Origin: Podarcis tiliguerta
Lineage: Eukaryota
Assembly (NCBI GenBank): GCA_965153285.1
Contig: OZ229110.1
Direction: 5' to 3' (one strand)
DNA: 64,000 nt
The notes below the pieces were generated by a model. It had not been told where the DNA came from and did no database searches. It saw only the letters and a list, made by a program, of their open reading frames with translations. Positions 13,601 through 27,879 of this stretch are shown here, piece after piece. Position 1 is the stretch's first letter. Each line of letters starts with the position of its first letter. The position numbers and the translations under genes were made by a program.

Positions 13601-14937
13601 TACTGACAATCACAATTAGGTGACTGTCAGCATTCACCAGTGTATTTCTAAACTGTCAGACATTTACCAAAAAAATAATCTAAGATTGTCAGTACTCCCT
13701 TGCAAATGCTTATGTACTATTGAATGTCAGGGTCAAACTAGTTGTGATGTGGGGCTGCATTTTAGAGCTGCCCACATCATTTTCTTTCTGAAACTGTAGC
13801 TGTGCAGTAGGGGCTATGTGGTTTGGAACCACAATGTCAGAAGAAAGTGAATTTTAAACCTTTGTTTCCATGCCACGACCCCAAGCCAAATTACTCTCCC
13901 ACTCCTCTAACTCCTATTAGTTGCAAAAGGGATAGCTAGAGTGGGTAACAACCTGGTTTCATCTGGAAGGGAGTTGCATAGGTGATGTGCTATGTCAAAG
14001 TTACTTGGAAGAGGGCTTTCCCTATTCCAGGTAACAAGTTCAGAAATAAAGGCTAATAACTGGAGCTGGCTAATGGAAGAAATGGCAGACTCAGTTTCAG
14101 GACTGGGGAGAGCTCCCAGGGAAAAGCAGATGTTGATTCAACAATCCAGCATTTAATAGAGTTATTGTACCCTATCATAAAACTTGCCAGCAAACTTGAT
14201 GAGAATGTAAAGGCATAACCTCCTTTTTTGTCTTCTGTTTTTTCCCTTTGGGTGATATGTGGTCTGACCCCCCTGTATTCAGGATCTGGTAGCTTGTCCT
14301 GCTGTTCAAAGAGCTTTTGAAAGCTATGCAGATGACCCTGGCATGAAGTCAAACTGCAGTGAGTTGCTAAAATAGTGTCCTGGGTTACCACAGAAATGAG
14401 TGCATGGTAAAATGTTATCTATTAAGAACGGTTAAGCTTGAAACATAAAGGATTTGTGTTTTCCCCTTTTCCATTCCCTGATTTTAGCAAGCTAGTGACA
14501 AAAAGAAAAAAGCTCTCAGATCAGCCTAGATTTTGATTAACAAGGCATAAAAAACCACCCATCCTGGTTTTGCTTCTCTCAAGTTCAAGACAATAATTTG
14601 AGTAGACGTAGGCAACTGACAGTCATGACAACTAAGCATATTAGTGGGACATGCTCTCAAATTTCCCAAGGGTGGTTGGGACAGTGAGAAGCTCAGTGAT
14701 TAACATATTGTTTGAAGTCATTTCATGCTCATACAAGATCTGTTGGGCAGGTTTGTAAAACAAATGAGTTATTTATAAGGATAAGACCAGGCCAGATATT
14801 ATATGTGCTAGAAAAAGCTGCTACATTCCAGATCTGGATTTCAGGGATACGTTTAATATCTGGCTATCTCTTGAAAAAGAGCTAGCCTGAACATGCAAAC
14901 ATATCTAATCCAGTTTTTTTCAGCATCTTTTATCCAC

Positions 14938-15294
14938 AAAGGTAAAGGTAAAGGGACCCCTGATCATTAGGTACAGTCGTGGCCGATTCTGGGGTTGCGA
15001 AGCTCATCTCGCTTTATTGGCCGAGGGAGCCGGCGTACAGCTTGCGGGTCATGTGGCCAGCATGACTAAGCCGCTTCTGGCAAACCAGAGCAGCACATGG
15101 AAATGCCGTTTACCTTCCCGCTGGAGCGATACCTATTTATCTACTTGCACTTTGACGTGCTTTCAAACTGCTAGGTTGGCAGGAGCAGGGACTGAGCAAC
15201 GGGAGCTTACCCCGTCGCGGGGATTCGAACTGCCGACCTTCTGATCAGCAAGTTCTAGGCTCTGTGGTTTAACCCACAGCGCCACCCACGTCCC
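14938..15294 (-). mobile_element. Sauria SINE (Squam1), subtype A
   Basis: Minus strand begins GGGACGTGGGTGGCGCTGTGGGTTAAACC, has a GTTCGAATCCC B-box and ends in (ACCTTT)n; flanked by a TTTTATCCA direct repeat. Confidence 0.92.
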
Positions 15295-15369
15295 ATTTTT
15301 ATCCATACCTCCCATTTCCCAATGGGGCCTGTTCTTTAAATCTAAACTTGTACAGTACCTTTTCTTGTA

Positions 15370-15595
15370 CAGTGGTACCTCGGGTTAAGAACTTAATTCG
15401 TTCTGGAGGTCCGTTCTTAACCTGAAACTGTTCTTAACCTGAAGCACCACTTTAGCTAATGGGGCCTCCTGCTGCCGCTGTGCCACCGCTGCACGATTTC
15501 TGTTCTCATCCTGAAGCAAAGTTCTTAACCCGAGGTAATATTTCTGGGTTAGCTGAGTCTGTAACCTGAAGCGTATGTAACCCGAGGTACCACTG
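15370..15595 (-). mobile_element. Tigger-like MITE, 226 bp
   Basis: TA TSD; TIR CAGTGGTACCTCGGGTTA; reverse orientation relative to the 13373 copy. Confidence 0.9.
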
Positions 15596-17569
15596 TATAA
15601 GGATTGACACCAGGACTGGGCTGGGGAAGAATATTCCCAGGTAACTAAACTTAACAATACTTATCCCCAGAAATCAGCACCAGTGGCAGATATAGCAATG
15701 TAGGACTCTTGACTAAAATTTGGAAACCCTCTCTCCTCCCTTATTTAATGAAGAACGCAATAGCGGTGCACAGGCCTCCAAAACTAATTCAGGACAAAAC
15801 TACACATAAAAAACAGAGCTACTGCCAAATATGTCTGGTCTGTGTCAATTTCTCTCCCAACCCACTTCCTAGTAATGTGTAGCACTACTGTCCTGATGGC
15901 ACTTCCTCTGATGCGCATTTCCATGTTAAAGGGAAGGAGGGAAAAACCAAGGACCTTAGCAGAGTAGAAAAGCATGCAGCAGAGGTCAAAGGAAAGGAAG
16001 GAGTTCTCTGCGGGAGCTATACTCCATGTTTCCAGCAAAGAACACCTTCCTTTCCTTACCCAGTCAGTTCAACGCTTTTGCGTCTGCCATTGGCCCAGGG
16101 AACAAGAGCTGCTGGGTCACTTACAGTACCTCTATCCCAGAAAGATCACCAGCAGGTAAGGAGTATCAGCCTGGTTCCAAGTGAATATAAATGCCAGTTA
16201 ACATCTCACCACTTAGTTCTGGCATTGCTAAACTCATCTTCCTCCACCCCCTTGTCTTGTGTGCCTTGTCTTTGAATTGGTAAGTAGGGCCTTTCGCTCT
16301 CCCTCCCCCTTTTTTGATGGTGAGTGAGACAAAAATATAAACTAACAAACAAAGCACACTTTATAGTTACATTCTTCAGATGGAAGCTTACTTGCAAATG
16401 GGTCATTGAGATACTACAAACAGGTTGCAAGGGACAGGGTGTTGTGTTTTTACTTGGAATGGTTAAATGGGTGTGTGCAGACCATGGGCTGATGCTATGT
16501 CAATGCCAAAATCTTGTGGATACTGCAAAAAAACCCCACAACTTGTATGGATGAGCACCAATTCCACAATAAGCACCTGTCTGAAAGCACTCATGTAGCC
16601 ATCAGTGCACTAATATGGATGGAGATTTGGAAGCACTGCATCCTTGGCTACACACAGTGGCCTCATTCCAGAAAATAATAAGTAAGTCACTGCTGTGATG
16701 GACCTTCATGTGTGAACCAGCCCACAGAGTACAAAACTAATCTTGTGTGTATAGTGGAAAACGTAATGAATTACTGCCCAATCCAACTTTAAACTGGCAC
16801 ACCAATATCAAATTCAACCACTCTCTGTTCTGACAGTGATTGAAGATTTACACCCCGACCCTTTCCTTTAGATATGGCAATACATGGAGGTGATACATTC
16901 CGTTTTTTTAGCTTCACAATGAAAAGCTGCTTTTTACTTGAAAGGACACAGTGAGCTGTTCTCAGAACAAATGGCCCTTGAAAAGGTGCCAGGATGATTG
17001 TTAGCACTATCTATTATACCTCATATTGTGAGCCTGGTATGCCGAGTGTCTCTCCACCCCCTGTCATTTTAATGGACAACTCTCTATTGTGGCTAAACAA
17101 ATGTCAGTGCCTTTAGGGGGAACTGCAGCAATCTTTTCCAAATGATGTGCACCTGACTGACAGGGAGGGATTCGTGAGGTTGGGAGCTAGACATAAATTC
17201 ATATCTGAAAGCAAGACATACAACCATAATCTTCAGTAGATGCAGATTTTTACTCTGCAAATCTGACTCTACAAAGAAAGGTGATTTTGGATGGCAAGGA
17301 AATAGATACTACAGAAACATTTATCTCCTTTTTTATTGTGTTGCAGCATGACAATATCCTCAAGAAATCTATTGTTCTTGGGCAAAACTACTGTAGTTGT
17401 TATAAACACAAAGCAGTTCATCTTGATGGGCTCGTATATAATCACTGTGAGTAGCATCATCATTGTTCTCTGACAGTGCAGAGACAAATGCAAGCATCCT
17501 CTCAAAAGCAGGACGTTACGGGAAGAGGTACCTCTACCACATGAATGGGTTCCTGGAAAAATGTTTCAT

Positions 17570-17770
17570 AGCTACACTATCTTTAGCATTCTGTGTGGGG
17601 CAACCCTTGAAGAGTGCCCAGGAATTGTAATTAGTACAAAATGTGGCATTAAGGCTGCTGACAACAGCCTGATCATATAGGCATATTTATTAGTTGCACT
17701 GCCTCCCAATGAATTTCAGGTCAAAATCAAGGTGCTATTTCTTACTTGTAAAGCCCTAAATAGCTTGGGG
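17570..17770 (+). mobile_element. Old L2 fragment
   Basis: Degenerate TTGCACTG-CTCCC...TCAAGGTGCT...TAAAGCCCTAAAT (LHWLP...FKVL...KALN region). Confidence 0.55.
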
Positions 17771-17858
17771 TTGCCACATGGCTATCACAAGCCTCTCTTG
17801 AGTGTCTACGGTATACCAATATAATCTAGGAACTTTTAGCACTTTGTAACTTAGCAAA

Positions 17859-18222
17859 GGGACGCAGGTGGCGCTGTGGGTAAAAGCCTCAGTGCCTAGG
17901 GCTTGCTGATCGAAAGGTCGGTGGTTCGAATCCCCGCGGCAGGGTGTGCTCCTGTTGTTCGGTCCCAGCGTCTGCCAACCTAGCAGTTCGAAAGCACTCT
18001 CGGGTGCAAGTAGATAAATAGGGACCGCTTACTAGCGGGAAGGTAAACGGCGTTTCCGTGTGCGGCTCTGGCTCGCCAGAGCAGCGATGTCACGCTGGCC
18101 ACGTGACCCGGAAGTGTCTTTGGACAGCGCTGGCCCCCGGCCTCTTTGAGTGAGATGGGCGCACAACCCTAGAGTCTGTCAAGACTGGCCCGTACGGGCA
18201 GGGGTACCTTTACCTTTACCTT
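17859..18222 (+). mobile_element. Sauria SINE, subtype B, full length
   Basis: tRNA-like head and (ACCTTT)n tail; TSD TAACTTAGCAAA at 17847-17858 and 18223-18234. Confidence 0.95.
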
Positions 18223-19956
18223 TAACTTAGCAAAGTTTCACCTCCTGTCCAACTTTCTGAAGCATGTGAATCTGACTTTTGAAGAGTTTGTAAGTAAACC
18301 ATTTTTAACTTGCCAAACATGTGTGTTTTTTTCTGTGCTGGGGGAAGAGGGAAACTTTGGAAGGAACTTGGAAGAGCAAATTTTAAAGGTCTAACAGCCT
18401 ATATTTCCACGCTTTGCTTTGCTGCATTTTATTTTTTAAAAAATCTGTGCTGGGGTTCTCTCACCAAAGAGTACTTGCTCCCAGCCTGGATCTTGGCATG
18501 CAGGAAATACTCCTTCTATATATTATTTTTCCTGGAACCAACACATTCTCCACTGCAGATATGCTACAAGGCATAATTTCAAGCTTGATCTTTTCATTGG
18601 TTGACGTAAGGTGGAGTTGGCAAAACCTATAGTTACAGACTGAAGATGGCAATAGGTGGCAGCACTGACATATGGGTAGGAGGCAGAGGTAAGAATGTAG
18701 TTTGGTCAGGAGGTGTTTGAAGTTGTAAACTGAAACTGCCAAACTTGCTCATAGGAACATAGATGAAAACAAAGCAGGACTTCAGAACTAACAACTGGGC
18801 TTTGCTTAAGACTCCTACAAGGTAGGCTGGCTTCAGACTTGTTTACTCAGTCTAGGGAACAGAAGAGCTCTTTCTTAACTCTGCAAGTTAGCTCTGTTGC
18901 TTGCAATAATAAACTGAGTTTGAAGATCAATGCCTCATAGCATGCGTCATAACATGGTTCATGTCTGCAGTCTGTTACATATTCCCAATTATTATGCAGG
19001 CAGTGGTTAAAGGCTACATCCTGGACTGCGATGCTACCCAGTGTGTAGCATCCTTCTCGCAGGCTTGTATAAGCAAACCGTTCTTCACTGGGAATTGCAG
19101 CAGCTTAATTATAAAAGCTCTGGTTCTTTCTCAGTCTCAAGGGGGAGGGGCTGTGGTGAAATGTGTTCTCTCTATATGGAATTAAATCTGCCAGTGGATC
19201 AAGCTGTACTCTGAAGACGGCTGAAATGAAGACTGTACAGATTTCTTCCTTGGGACTGTGGTACCCTTCAAACTTGAACATTGTTCCACCAAGACCATCA
19301 CTCAAGGACCAGCCACTTTAACCTACATATTGATACCACAGTCTGCAGTTTGGAAAGGATACCTTCTGCACAGGTGTTTTGTTCCTCCATCTGTCAGAGG
19401 CATCCCTTAATAATCCCCAGCTCCTGGGCTTGCTGTCATGACCCCAAAGTTCAGCAGTGATCAGGACACCTTGCCAAGATCCTTGGATAAGATGCCAAAA
19501 TGGTTTTCTTGATCTAAGCCTAATACTGCCGATCGGGAATCCATTCATCCCAAAGCACTGGGCCCCATAGAACCGGAGCCAGGACCTTTAAGGGCACTTT
19601 CTCTTGAGCCACCAAATGCTTCCCACAATTCCTAACCAGTCCAACAGCAGAGGGAAAGCTCCAGGCAGAAGGCCATGGGATGAAGAAGTACCAATCTTCA
19701 GAGTTGGCCTCTTAAATGATTTTAATTCTCCAAAGCTCCCTTGAGGGTCCTTGAAGAGGTAGACTAAAGGCAGAGGCTCAAAAACCGTCAGTTCACTTCC
19801 AACCCTTGTAGGAGCAAGTTGCTCACATGAAGCTCTCCGTGGTGCTGTGACAATCTACCTGCCTTGCTGCCATTCTGCCAGACCAGAACAAGACATTTCC
19901 CACACATTTCTTATGCGTGTGGCAACCCAGTCAGATGGGTCATGTACAAATAAAAG

Positions 19957-19967
19957 TATTATTATTA

Positions 19968-20014
<47 letters not shown>
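19957..20014. repeat. (ATT)n microsatellite at an L2 3'-tip remnant
   Basis: Preceded by AACCCAGTCAGATGGG...AAATAA, which resembles the 3' terminus of the L2 copies. Confidence 0.85.
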
Positions 20015-23000
20015 TCTCAAAGGAATGGTTCCCAGGTGGCAAGCTTACTAGCCTCTCTGCAATGTGGTACATCAAAGTTCACAAGGTATGATGGAGCTAT
20101 TGATTATGCTCCTGAGACATAGGGTAGAATTCAACATAGCACTAAGTGAAGCATGCATGTGGGGAAAGAGGTCTGTTCACACAATATGGCTCCCCCCCCT
20201 TTCACCCACATGCCCCCTAAACATGTTCTGGGGTTTCCCCCAACTCTCCAGAGCAGATTTAGGGGGTGCAGGGGGAGGTTCTGTGGCAAGAGCAGCCTTT
20301 GTTCCATGCGCACAATCCCACCCTTTGAGCTACAAAGAAGCCTTATTATTTTGTCCCCTTTCCAGGATATGTCTCAGCAATGAACAGTAGTAATTATGCT
20401 GAAGTCTTGCATTTTTTTAGGTGTTTGGAATGTATTTATATTGGGCACTTTACAAAATAATCAAAGGATCAAATAGCAAATTTCTCACCCAAAACTTTCT
20501 GAATGGAGCATCCAGCCATGAATTTAGATCCAAACTGAAGTCTGTTGCAGTGCACAACATTCTTCTTGCCCTTGGCAGAAAGACAGTGCAATTGCCAATA
20601 ATTATTGGAAGATCCCAGTGTTCGAAACTCCCATTGTTCTAGGTGCATTTTGCGACAGGGAATTTCATTAGCGCAAGCAGTTTCTGAGCTCTGGGTGCAG
20701 CACTGCACCTCAGATTTCAGATTAAAACTGCACAGTGGAAGGAAAGGAGGGCCTTTTTCTGCCTCCCCACTTCTAGCTACTCTCTGAAGAGTGGAGAAGA
20801 GACCATCTTAAGAATATTAGGAGGGTGGGCAGGGGAAGGACTAGACCATGTGAAAAATGAATATAATATTTTATCTGCAGTTCATTCATTTTCAGCTTTG
20901 TATTCTTGTTATTTAAAAAGTGCACCTATAAATTCTGTTGTTGCACCCATAACCTAGGTTTAAAGTGCCATTCAGCTCCTAGTTTTCATATCTCAGTTGG
21001 AAGATCCTACAAAATAACACACAATTTCCTCCATTATGTAATGACAGGTCTTTACTAAGTAACTCAATTTGTACAGACCCTGACTATGAACCCAGCAACC
21101 CCAGTTACTCTTACTTACAAAGTGGGCTGCAAACCTGAACCTATTACTGAGGGTCTTGTTCTAATTCTACGCATGCACTTCTAAAAAAGAAAGAAGCCAC
21201 TCATGAGAGTATTTTGAGAACAGGCTTTAAAAGAATGTGTGCGAAACAAATGAATTGTCAGACATTAGGGAGAAAAGAACTCGGGGAGGGGGAAACAGAA
21301 CAGATACAGAAGATGAAAGGGCAGTTAAATAGATAAAAAGGAGAATTTGGTCAAAATGTATAAAGCATGAGATGCTAAGAACAAAGCAAAAAAACTCAAA
21401 GCAAAAAAAAAAAAGACAGCTTTTCAAAAATAACAAGTGGTAAGAGAGAGCCAAGCCAGAAGAAAATAATCTGATAGTATTTTAACACTATTGTAATTGC
21501 ACGCCGAGGCTGCAATCCTATATGCATGTAGGGTAACTCTTGCTGAGCTCATTGGGACTTACGGTACATCAAAGTAGACGTGTATAGATTTGTGCCATAA
21601 GAAATGCCTTCTAGAAAAATGCATTTCCTGTGTTCATAATTTGGTGGTGCAATTCCTCAAACACCAGCTGAGTTACATGAAGGATTACCGGGTAAATGGT
21701 CATTTGCATGGCAGCAAGCAGCATTATTCACTATAAATCAAGACAAGGATGAATCCAATCTGGACCTCAGCCATTAATATTGCTAACAAATTCCAAGTTC
21801 AGAGAATGATGATATTTTTTAAAATCCTCAGTCGTGTTCACCTCAGTTCTTAGGCACTTGTTTTGTTAATCCGTTTATAACAATTGAGGTTTTGTAATCA
21901 TGCTTCTAATGCCAGCAGTGACTTTTCCCACAATTATTAGTCTAGGGTAGCTTGTGTTAGAAGTGGTTATTAAAATATGGATGAGTCTGTTACAGATGCA
22001 AAGAAGAGGATTGCACATTCTTAAGGCTTTATTGGCCAGCCTGACAGCCTGCACAAAAGCTTCCAGATTAGATTCCACTTAAAGACATTGTTCTTTTTTT
22101 CGGATTCTGCTACTTTGGGTGTAATCCTCATAGCACATTTGAAGGAGATGAATGTACAAATCCATGAACATACAAGCACTAGCAGCCACCTCTCTCCACA
22201 CCCCCAGCAGAAACTGAGATAAGCATTGGGCCAGCAGAAACTGAATTGTCCAGAAAAGGTGTGGGAGCCATATAATGGTACCCAAATGGGGGGTGGGGAG
22301 CATAGAATCCTTCTTGCACTTTTAGTCTAATAGAAAAGCAAATGGCCCATTTGCAGCTCTCCTACCACTTGAAGTGCAGGCAAAATTTTTGGGGAGTAAT
22401 AATGAAAAATGGGCAGAATGCTCTGGTGGAGATGATCCTACCAGCAGGCTGGATCCTCAGTTCCACCATGGGCCACTTTGAAGGCTGCCAGCTTTGCCCA
22501 CCTGCCACTCACCTGATGTCACCATGACATCAAGCAATTCATCTTCAAAGGAAATAATTGGGAGCACACTATTAAGCTCACTATCCATTCTTTTCTTCCT
22601 TCCTTTCTTAACCGGCTTGGATTCAAGCCAGGCTGCAAAGAGAGATTCCTGCAGAAAGCAAAGCTTGCAGTCCGATCAACACTGACCGCAGACCACACTT
22701 GTGAAAGGATTGCGTGTTCCAGGTAAGGTGTGAGAGTTGCTTGGGGATAATGGTTCTATGGACCACATTAGGACCCTTCATGGGCTTCATCTGGCCTGCA
22801 GGCTGCATGTTCTCCATGTCTGCTCTAGCACCTCTTTTCAAAACGGTGAGGAGGCATCCCCTTTTTTCTTTTTTGCCACCAGTCACCCAAATGTGGGTGA
22901 CAAAAGTGCCTCCAGACTTTCATGGGGAACAACTAGTCCTGAGAAAGTGAAAGAAGATATTTGGGCTAAAATTTGAACTAGCTCAGCTATATCGGAAACC

Positions 23001-24496
23001 TCTTTGTGGAGACATTTTGCCCTGAAAAGCAAGGTATAAATAACTAAAGAAACAAAGGAAGCAATTCCATAGCACAACTCTTAGAAGCTTTTTGCAGAGT
23101 TCTGTATATTGTGCTATAAATGTACACTGGATTCTATTTTTTCTGTGCCAAATGCTTACATTTTCTCTCAGTTCTTAGAAATATTGAATTTTCAGAGCAC
23201 ACAAAACACAATGTTTCACATTTGTGAAAATGCTTTATAACCTTCCCTTCTGCAGAGTTCAGGAGCGCTGCTTTTGCTTTTTGAGGTGTTTTTCTTTTCT
23301 TTTCTTTTCTTTTGGAGGAATGATGCTGCTTTAGGACTAGCACTACTTAAGTGCTTTTTTCTCCTCAGCTGCTGAGCCTGTGTATTTGTAAGCAAACTAA
23401 TACAAAAATCCAAAGTCTCCAATATTATTTCCCTTTTAATTCGAGGAAAAAGCAGCACAAAACGACACAAAAGAAATAATTCAGATCACTGTAAGAAAAG
23501 GTGATCTCTTAATCTTCATGGCTTATAGAGCTTCAGATACTGAAAATATTAAATTTCATGGCACCCTGGTGACAAAAGATACACTATAACTCTAGCTATT
23601 ATCATCTGATCCCAGTCAGACCAGTTCAGTCACTTCCATTTCCCTGTCCAGTCAAATAATGTGGAAATATACTGTACATGGTACAGACTGCAGTACGGAA
23701 GTGGCTGTTAGTACACATCTTCTCGCTTTTGTTTGTGCCGCCTTCTTAGCATTCTCTCAGCGTCTTTCCAGCTGTATGCATTAACTTTTAATTAGCATTC
23801 CCTCAAACAAAGCAAGAATCCTATTATTAACCACTGGAGGTGTTAATTTGTTTAGGAATCAGGATTGCCAGGATCTATCTCTCCCTCCTCTATACCTCCA
23901 CCCTTCTTGCATAAGCAAAGCTCTGAGACAAATTGATTTGACTGGGGTTTCTTTTCTCCCCTTACAGGATCATGTAACAATTAAAGCAAATAAATGAAAT
24001 TAAAAGAAAATTGAAATCCGCTCTTTCGACAATACTTCTGATTTAATTTTATTCATGCTAGTGAATAAAACATGAGGTTCTTCCCCAGCCTTTGGCTGAA
24101 TGAAGTAAGTTGCCTTGTGCATCATGCAGCGCCGCCTGCCGGCTGCTAATTTCTCCAGTGTTTGCTTTTGTACTTATCTACCCTTTGAGATGTTCAGTGT
24201 CGTTAATCACTATTTACTTATCATTACTGAAGTACCTTGAAGCATGTTAGAACTTGTTTTCCCAGGATAAGGAGCTAAAACAAGACTCTCTAAACCGCAA
24301 ACTTTATAATCTGAGCTGAGATGAAACAATGAGTGTCGATAATATAGTGCTGGGGAAAGCATGAAGCATTCAGAGATAAATGAAGGTCGCAGCAACAATT
24401 CCTGTAGTTACTGAGGTCAAACTTATAGCTGAAGAAGGAATTCATATGAAATGTATTTATTGGTTTAATAATGTTAAGTGACAAAGTACAACAGTT

Positions 24497-24612
24497 CAGG
24501 GATGGGGAACCTGTGACACTCCGAATGTTGTTCAACTCCAACTCCCATCAACTCCTGCCAATATGGCCATTGGCCAATGGTCAGGGATAATGGGATTTGT
24601 AGTCCAACAAAA
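24497..24612. mobile_element. Older hAT-type palindromic MITE fragment
   Basis: CAGGGATGGGGAACCT start; CAACTCCCATCA / TGGGATTTGTAGTCC internal inverted motifs shared with the adjacent MITE. Confidence 0.6.
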
Positions 24613-24627
24613 AACTTTGCCTTAGAC

Positions 24628-24763
24628 CAGGCATAGGCAAACTCGGCCCTCCAGATGTTTTGAGACTACCATTCCCATCATCCCTGACTACTGGTCCTGT
24701 TAGCTAGGGGTGATGGGAGTTGTAGTCCCAAAACATCTGGAGGGCTGAGTTTGCCTATGCCTG
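24628..24763. mobile_element. hAT (Charlie-like) palindromic MITE, 136 bp
   Basis: TIR CAGGCATAGGCAAACTC...GAGTTTGCCTATGCCTG; perfect 8-bp TSD CCTTAGAC (24620-24627, 24764-24771). Confidence 0.92.
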
Positions 24764-27700
24764 CCTTAGACCCTTGTAAAAATGGTGTCACCCATACAAA
24801 ATTATTCAGATGGCCCTGTAGCAGCATTAAAAAAAAGATCCGTTGCTAAGACACACACTGAACCTCGTTCTACAAAAACCTGTGGAGAGGGGGAAGGGAG
24901 ACCATTTTTTAAAGGAGGAGATGCCCTAAAAGGGAAAAGATATCCTGATCTAGGCGAGTAGGAGAGATCTGTCCTGTAATGCAACATGCCAGGTACAAAC
25001 AAGTCTGTTTAATATCAAACATAAGGTGTGTTGGTTTGCAACAAACCAGTTGACTCAGTGATATCTCAGCATCTTCTAAACTGACACATTGTGAGTCACT
25101 CCCCAAGCCTGCACCTGTCATGCCTTCTCTTCCCATAATGCAGGAGCAGGGAACTTTTATGAGTCTGAGAGCCTGATTACCTGGATTGGAAAGTTCTTAG
25201 GGGCTGCATTTCAGTAGCAGGTGAGGCCAGACTTCACACAGACACACACCAGAAATGTAATACATTAAACACAGATGCACACAATAACACACACTGTAAC
25301 ACCAACAGGGGAGCCCTTTTCTCAGTTCACAGGGTGGAATTAAAGCGAGCTCACGATCCAAGCTGAACCCTGCATAGCAATGTTGATCCACTGCCTTGGC
25401 AGTAGATCAAATCAAAACAGATGCGTCAAATGTCCAGTCCTGTACATAATTCATATATCTGAGTACTGTTTAATGGTGTAATGGAAATCGTAATATTGGC
25501 CTTTTCCACTAAATACACACAAAAAATTCTAAAAGCTAGAACTGTCAATTTAAAAGCCTGCTCCTACCACACCTCTCTGTCTTTAAGGCGACAATTAACA
25601 GGATCACACTACACACCACACAGATTGTCACAATCTAAACTCAAAGGCAGCAAATTGCATGGTATGTTGTATTTTTATACTACAACAGAAGTTCTATTAA
25701 GTTTAAAGTATTGCAGAAATGTCCAGTTTCTTAATTGTGCATAATTAATCTATCTCTACACAAAACAATTATCTCCGAAAAGAGCACAAAATTTTATGTA
25801 AAGAATTATTGCTGCACTTTGTCGATAAAAGCACCCAGTTGGTAAAATGCTAAAAACTTTCCAATGGACAATGAGAGCCTGCAACAGAGAGGTAAAATGT
25901 CTATCTTGGCTGAGTCCACCTTAAAAACCAGATCAGTTTATTCAAGATGAACAGGTTTCTTGGTGAAAATTTCCAGTAACTATTTTGCCTGTGGGTAAGC
26001 CAACCTGTTTCAGGGAGGGAATCTTTTCAGAGGAAAGATTTTTTTACCTACATGTATCTTTAGGAATGAGACACAAATATCAAGGCCGATACAAAGCTTG
26101 GCAGCAAACTCTGTGGAAATAATAAACGTGTTTGCAAGATTTGTTTGACCAGTTGTGATTCCCAAGATAGCTGCCCAAAACTGGGAATACTTCAGAAACT
26201 GAAGATTGCAACTATTCATAGTCATTATATCTACAGTGTGGTAATAAGCTCTATTGAACACAATGGGGCAGTTAGTCTCTATGCACATTTACTGGCAGTC
26301 TTTCTCATGGTTCCAGACAGGAATTTTGTCCAGTCCTGTATGTGGGAATATCACAGATTGAACCTAGAATCTTCTGCACAGAAATCCAAATTGTCTTACA
26401 GCGAGCATTAATATCCAAGAAACACAACTTAAATTGATGTCATGTCTATAGTCAATGCCGTTTTCTTCAAAATGATGGAGGCCAGTTCATACTATTATGT
26501 ATAGCAGAAAAATCCTGATAGCTGGGTCAGCTGTACTATTGGGCAGTGTGAGGTAGCTGCCTCAGGCAGTAAATGCTGAGGGAGCAATGACGTCCCATCA
26601 GCAGAGTTGAACTAAGATGCAGCTACCAGTCCGGCTGGTTTCTGTACATAAAATGGCTGGGGGTGCCATCTTGTCCTCTGTCTCAGACAGCAAAACGTAT
26701 TGAGCTGGTCCTGCCTACAGATTTAAGATTTTTGGATTGAATTAAAAAATTCAAGAATGTCTTGAAATCTGCAATACGCAAGGATTCAGAGTGACTCGGT
26801 TGTACATCTGGAACCAGATAGTACACTGTAATCTCCTAAAGCTTTGCAGTTTATTCCTGGCTGCTAAAACTTTATGGGTAGGGTAGTTCTCTGTTTCACT
26901 CTCACAGAGGTCAGCGTCACAACAATTTGAAAGTTATGACTGTGGCCCAACTTGTTTTCCAATACCTTTCTAATTGTTTGCCTCCTCTTCTGAAAACACC
27001 TGGAGAGAAATGAAGCCATCACAATACAAATTTATCACTTTGTATTCATATTTATGTGGTTTCATGTTATGAAATGAATTTTCTTTCTACAACAATATCT
27101 GCACAAAGTTTTGCTGCTGTTTTGATTTTTTCCCAATAAACACAGTGCCTTTATTACAAGATTTCCTAGACAATATGGGCAGTTTTTGTTTTAAATCAAA
27201 GTGACTCCACCATGCAAGATAGGGGACCAGAAAAAGCTTGAGTTGATAGGCAGCCACCCACCCACTATACACCCTGCTCCTCTCCTCCTCTGTATATCAT
27301 CCTCCAGAGATGAGGCCAGAGTACAAGATGGTTAACTCATTTTCTCCCCCTAAGAAAGCTGAGATAGGTTTATAGAACGTGATGATTAGCCCAAGGTTAG
27401 GGATTCAAAACAAAGTGTAAGTGTCCATTGTCTGATCCAGCCATTCTGTTCAACTACTGTGTAAACAGAGGCCTGAAAGGACACAAGGCTGATTAGTTTG
27501 CATACTTTGTTCAGAGATCTCTCTGCAGTAGTTGCCATCTCGTTTCTCTGCACTTGCAAAGCTCTTGTACCCTCCAAAGCTGCATGAATAATTACACCAA
27601 CCTTATATTAAACAAATGCAGCTTACCCGCTTTGGAAATACAGCGAGGACAAAAGGGAAAGCTTTACCTGCTGAGCATCTGCCTGAAATGCAACTGAGGC

Positions 27701-27879
27701 GTTCCCGCCCCAGAGGCCACGCCAAGGCAAACCCTTCCAACCCTGTGAAAAGGAGATGCCGAGAGCCGTGCTGCGGAAAGACCAGCTCTTTCATCCTAAA
27801 GATGAGGGGAAAGGTGGTACTCTGCACATGCTCAGAGACAATGACAGTCATTCACAGACCTCAAGACTGAACCTTCACC

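Noticed and set aside
19847-20122. ORF with a poly-Ile run (also a poly-Leu ORF at 10601-10804)
   Set aside because: Translations of (ATT)n and (AAT)n microsatellites
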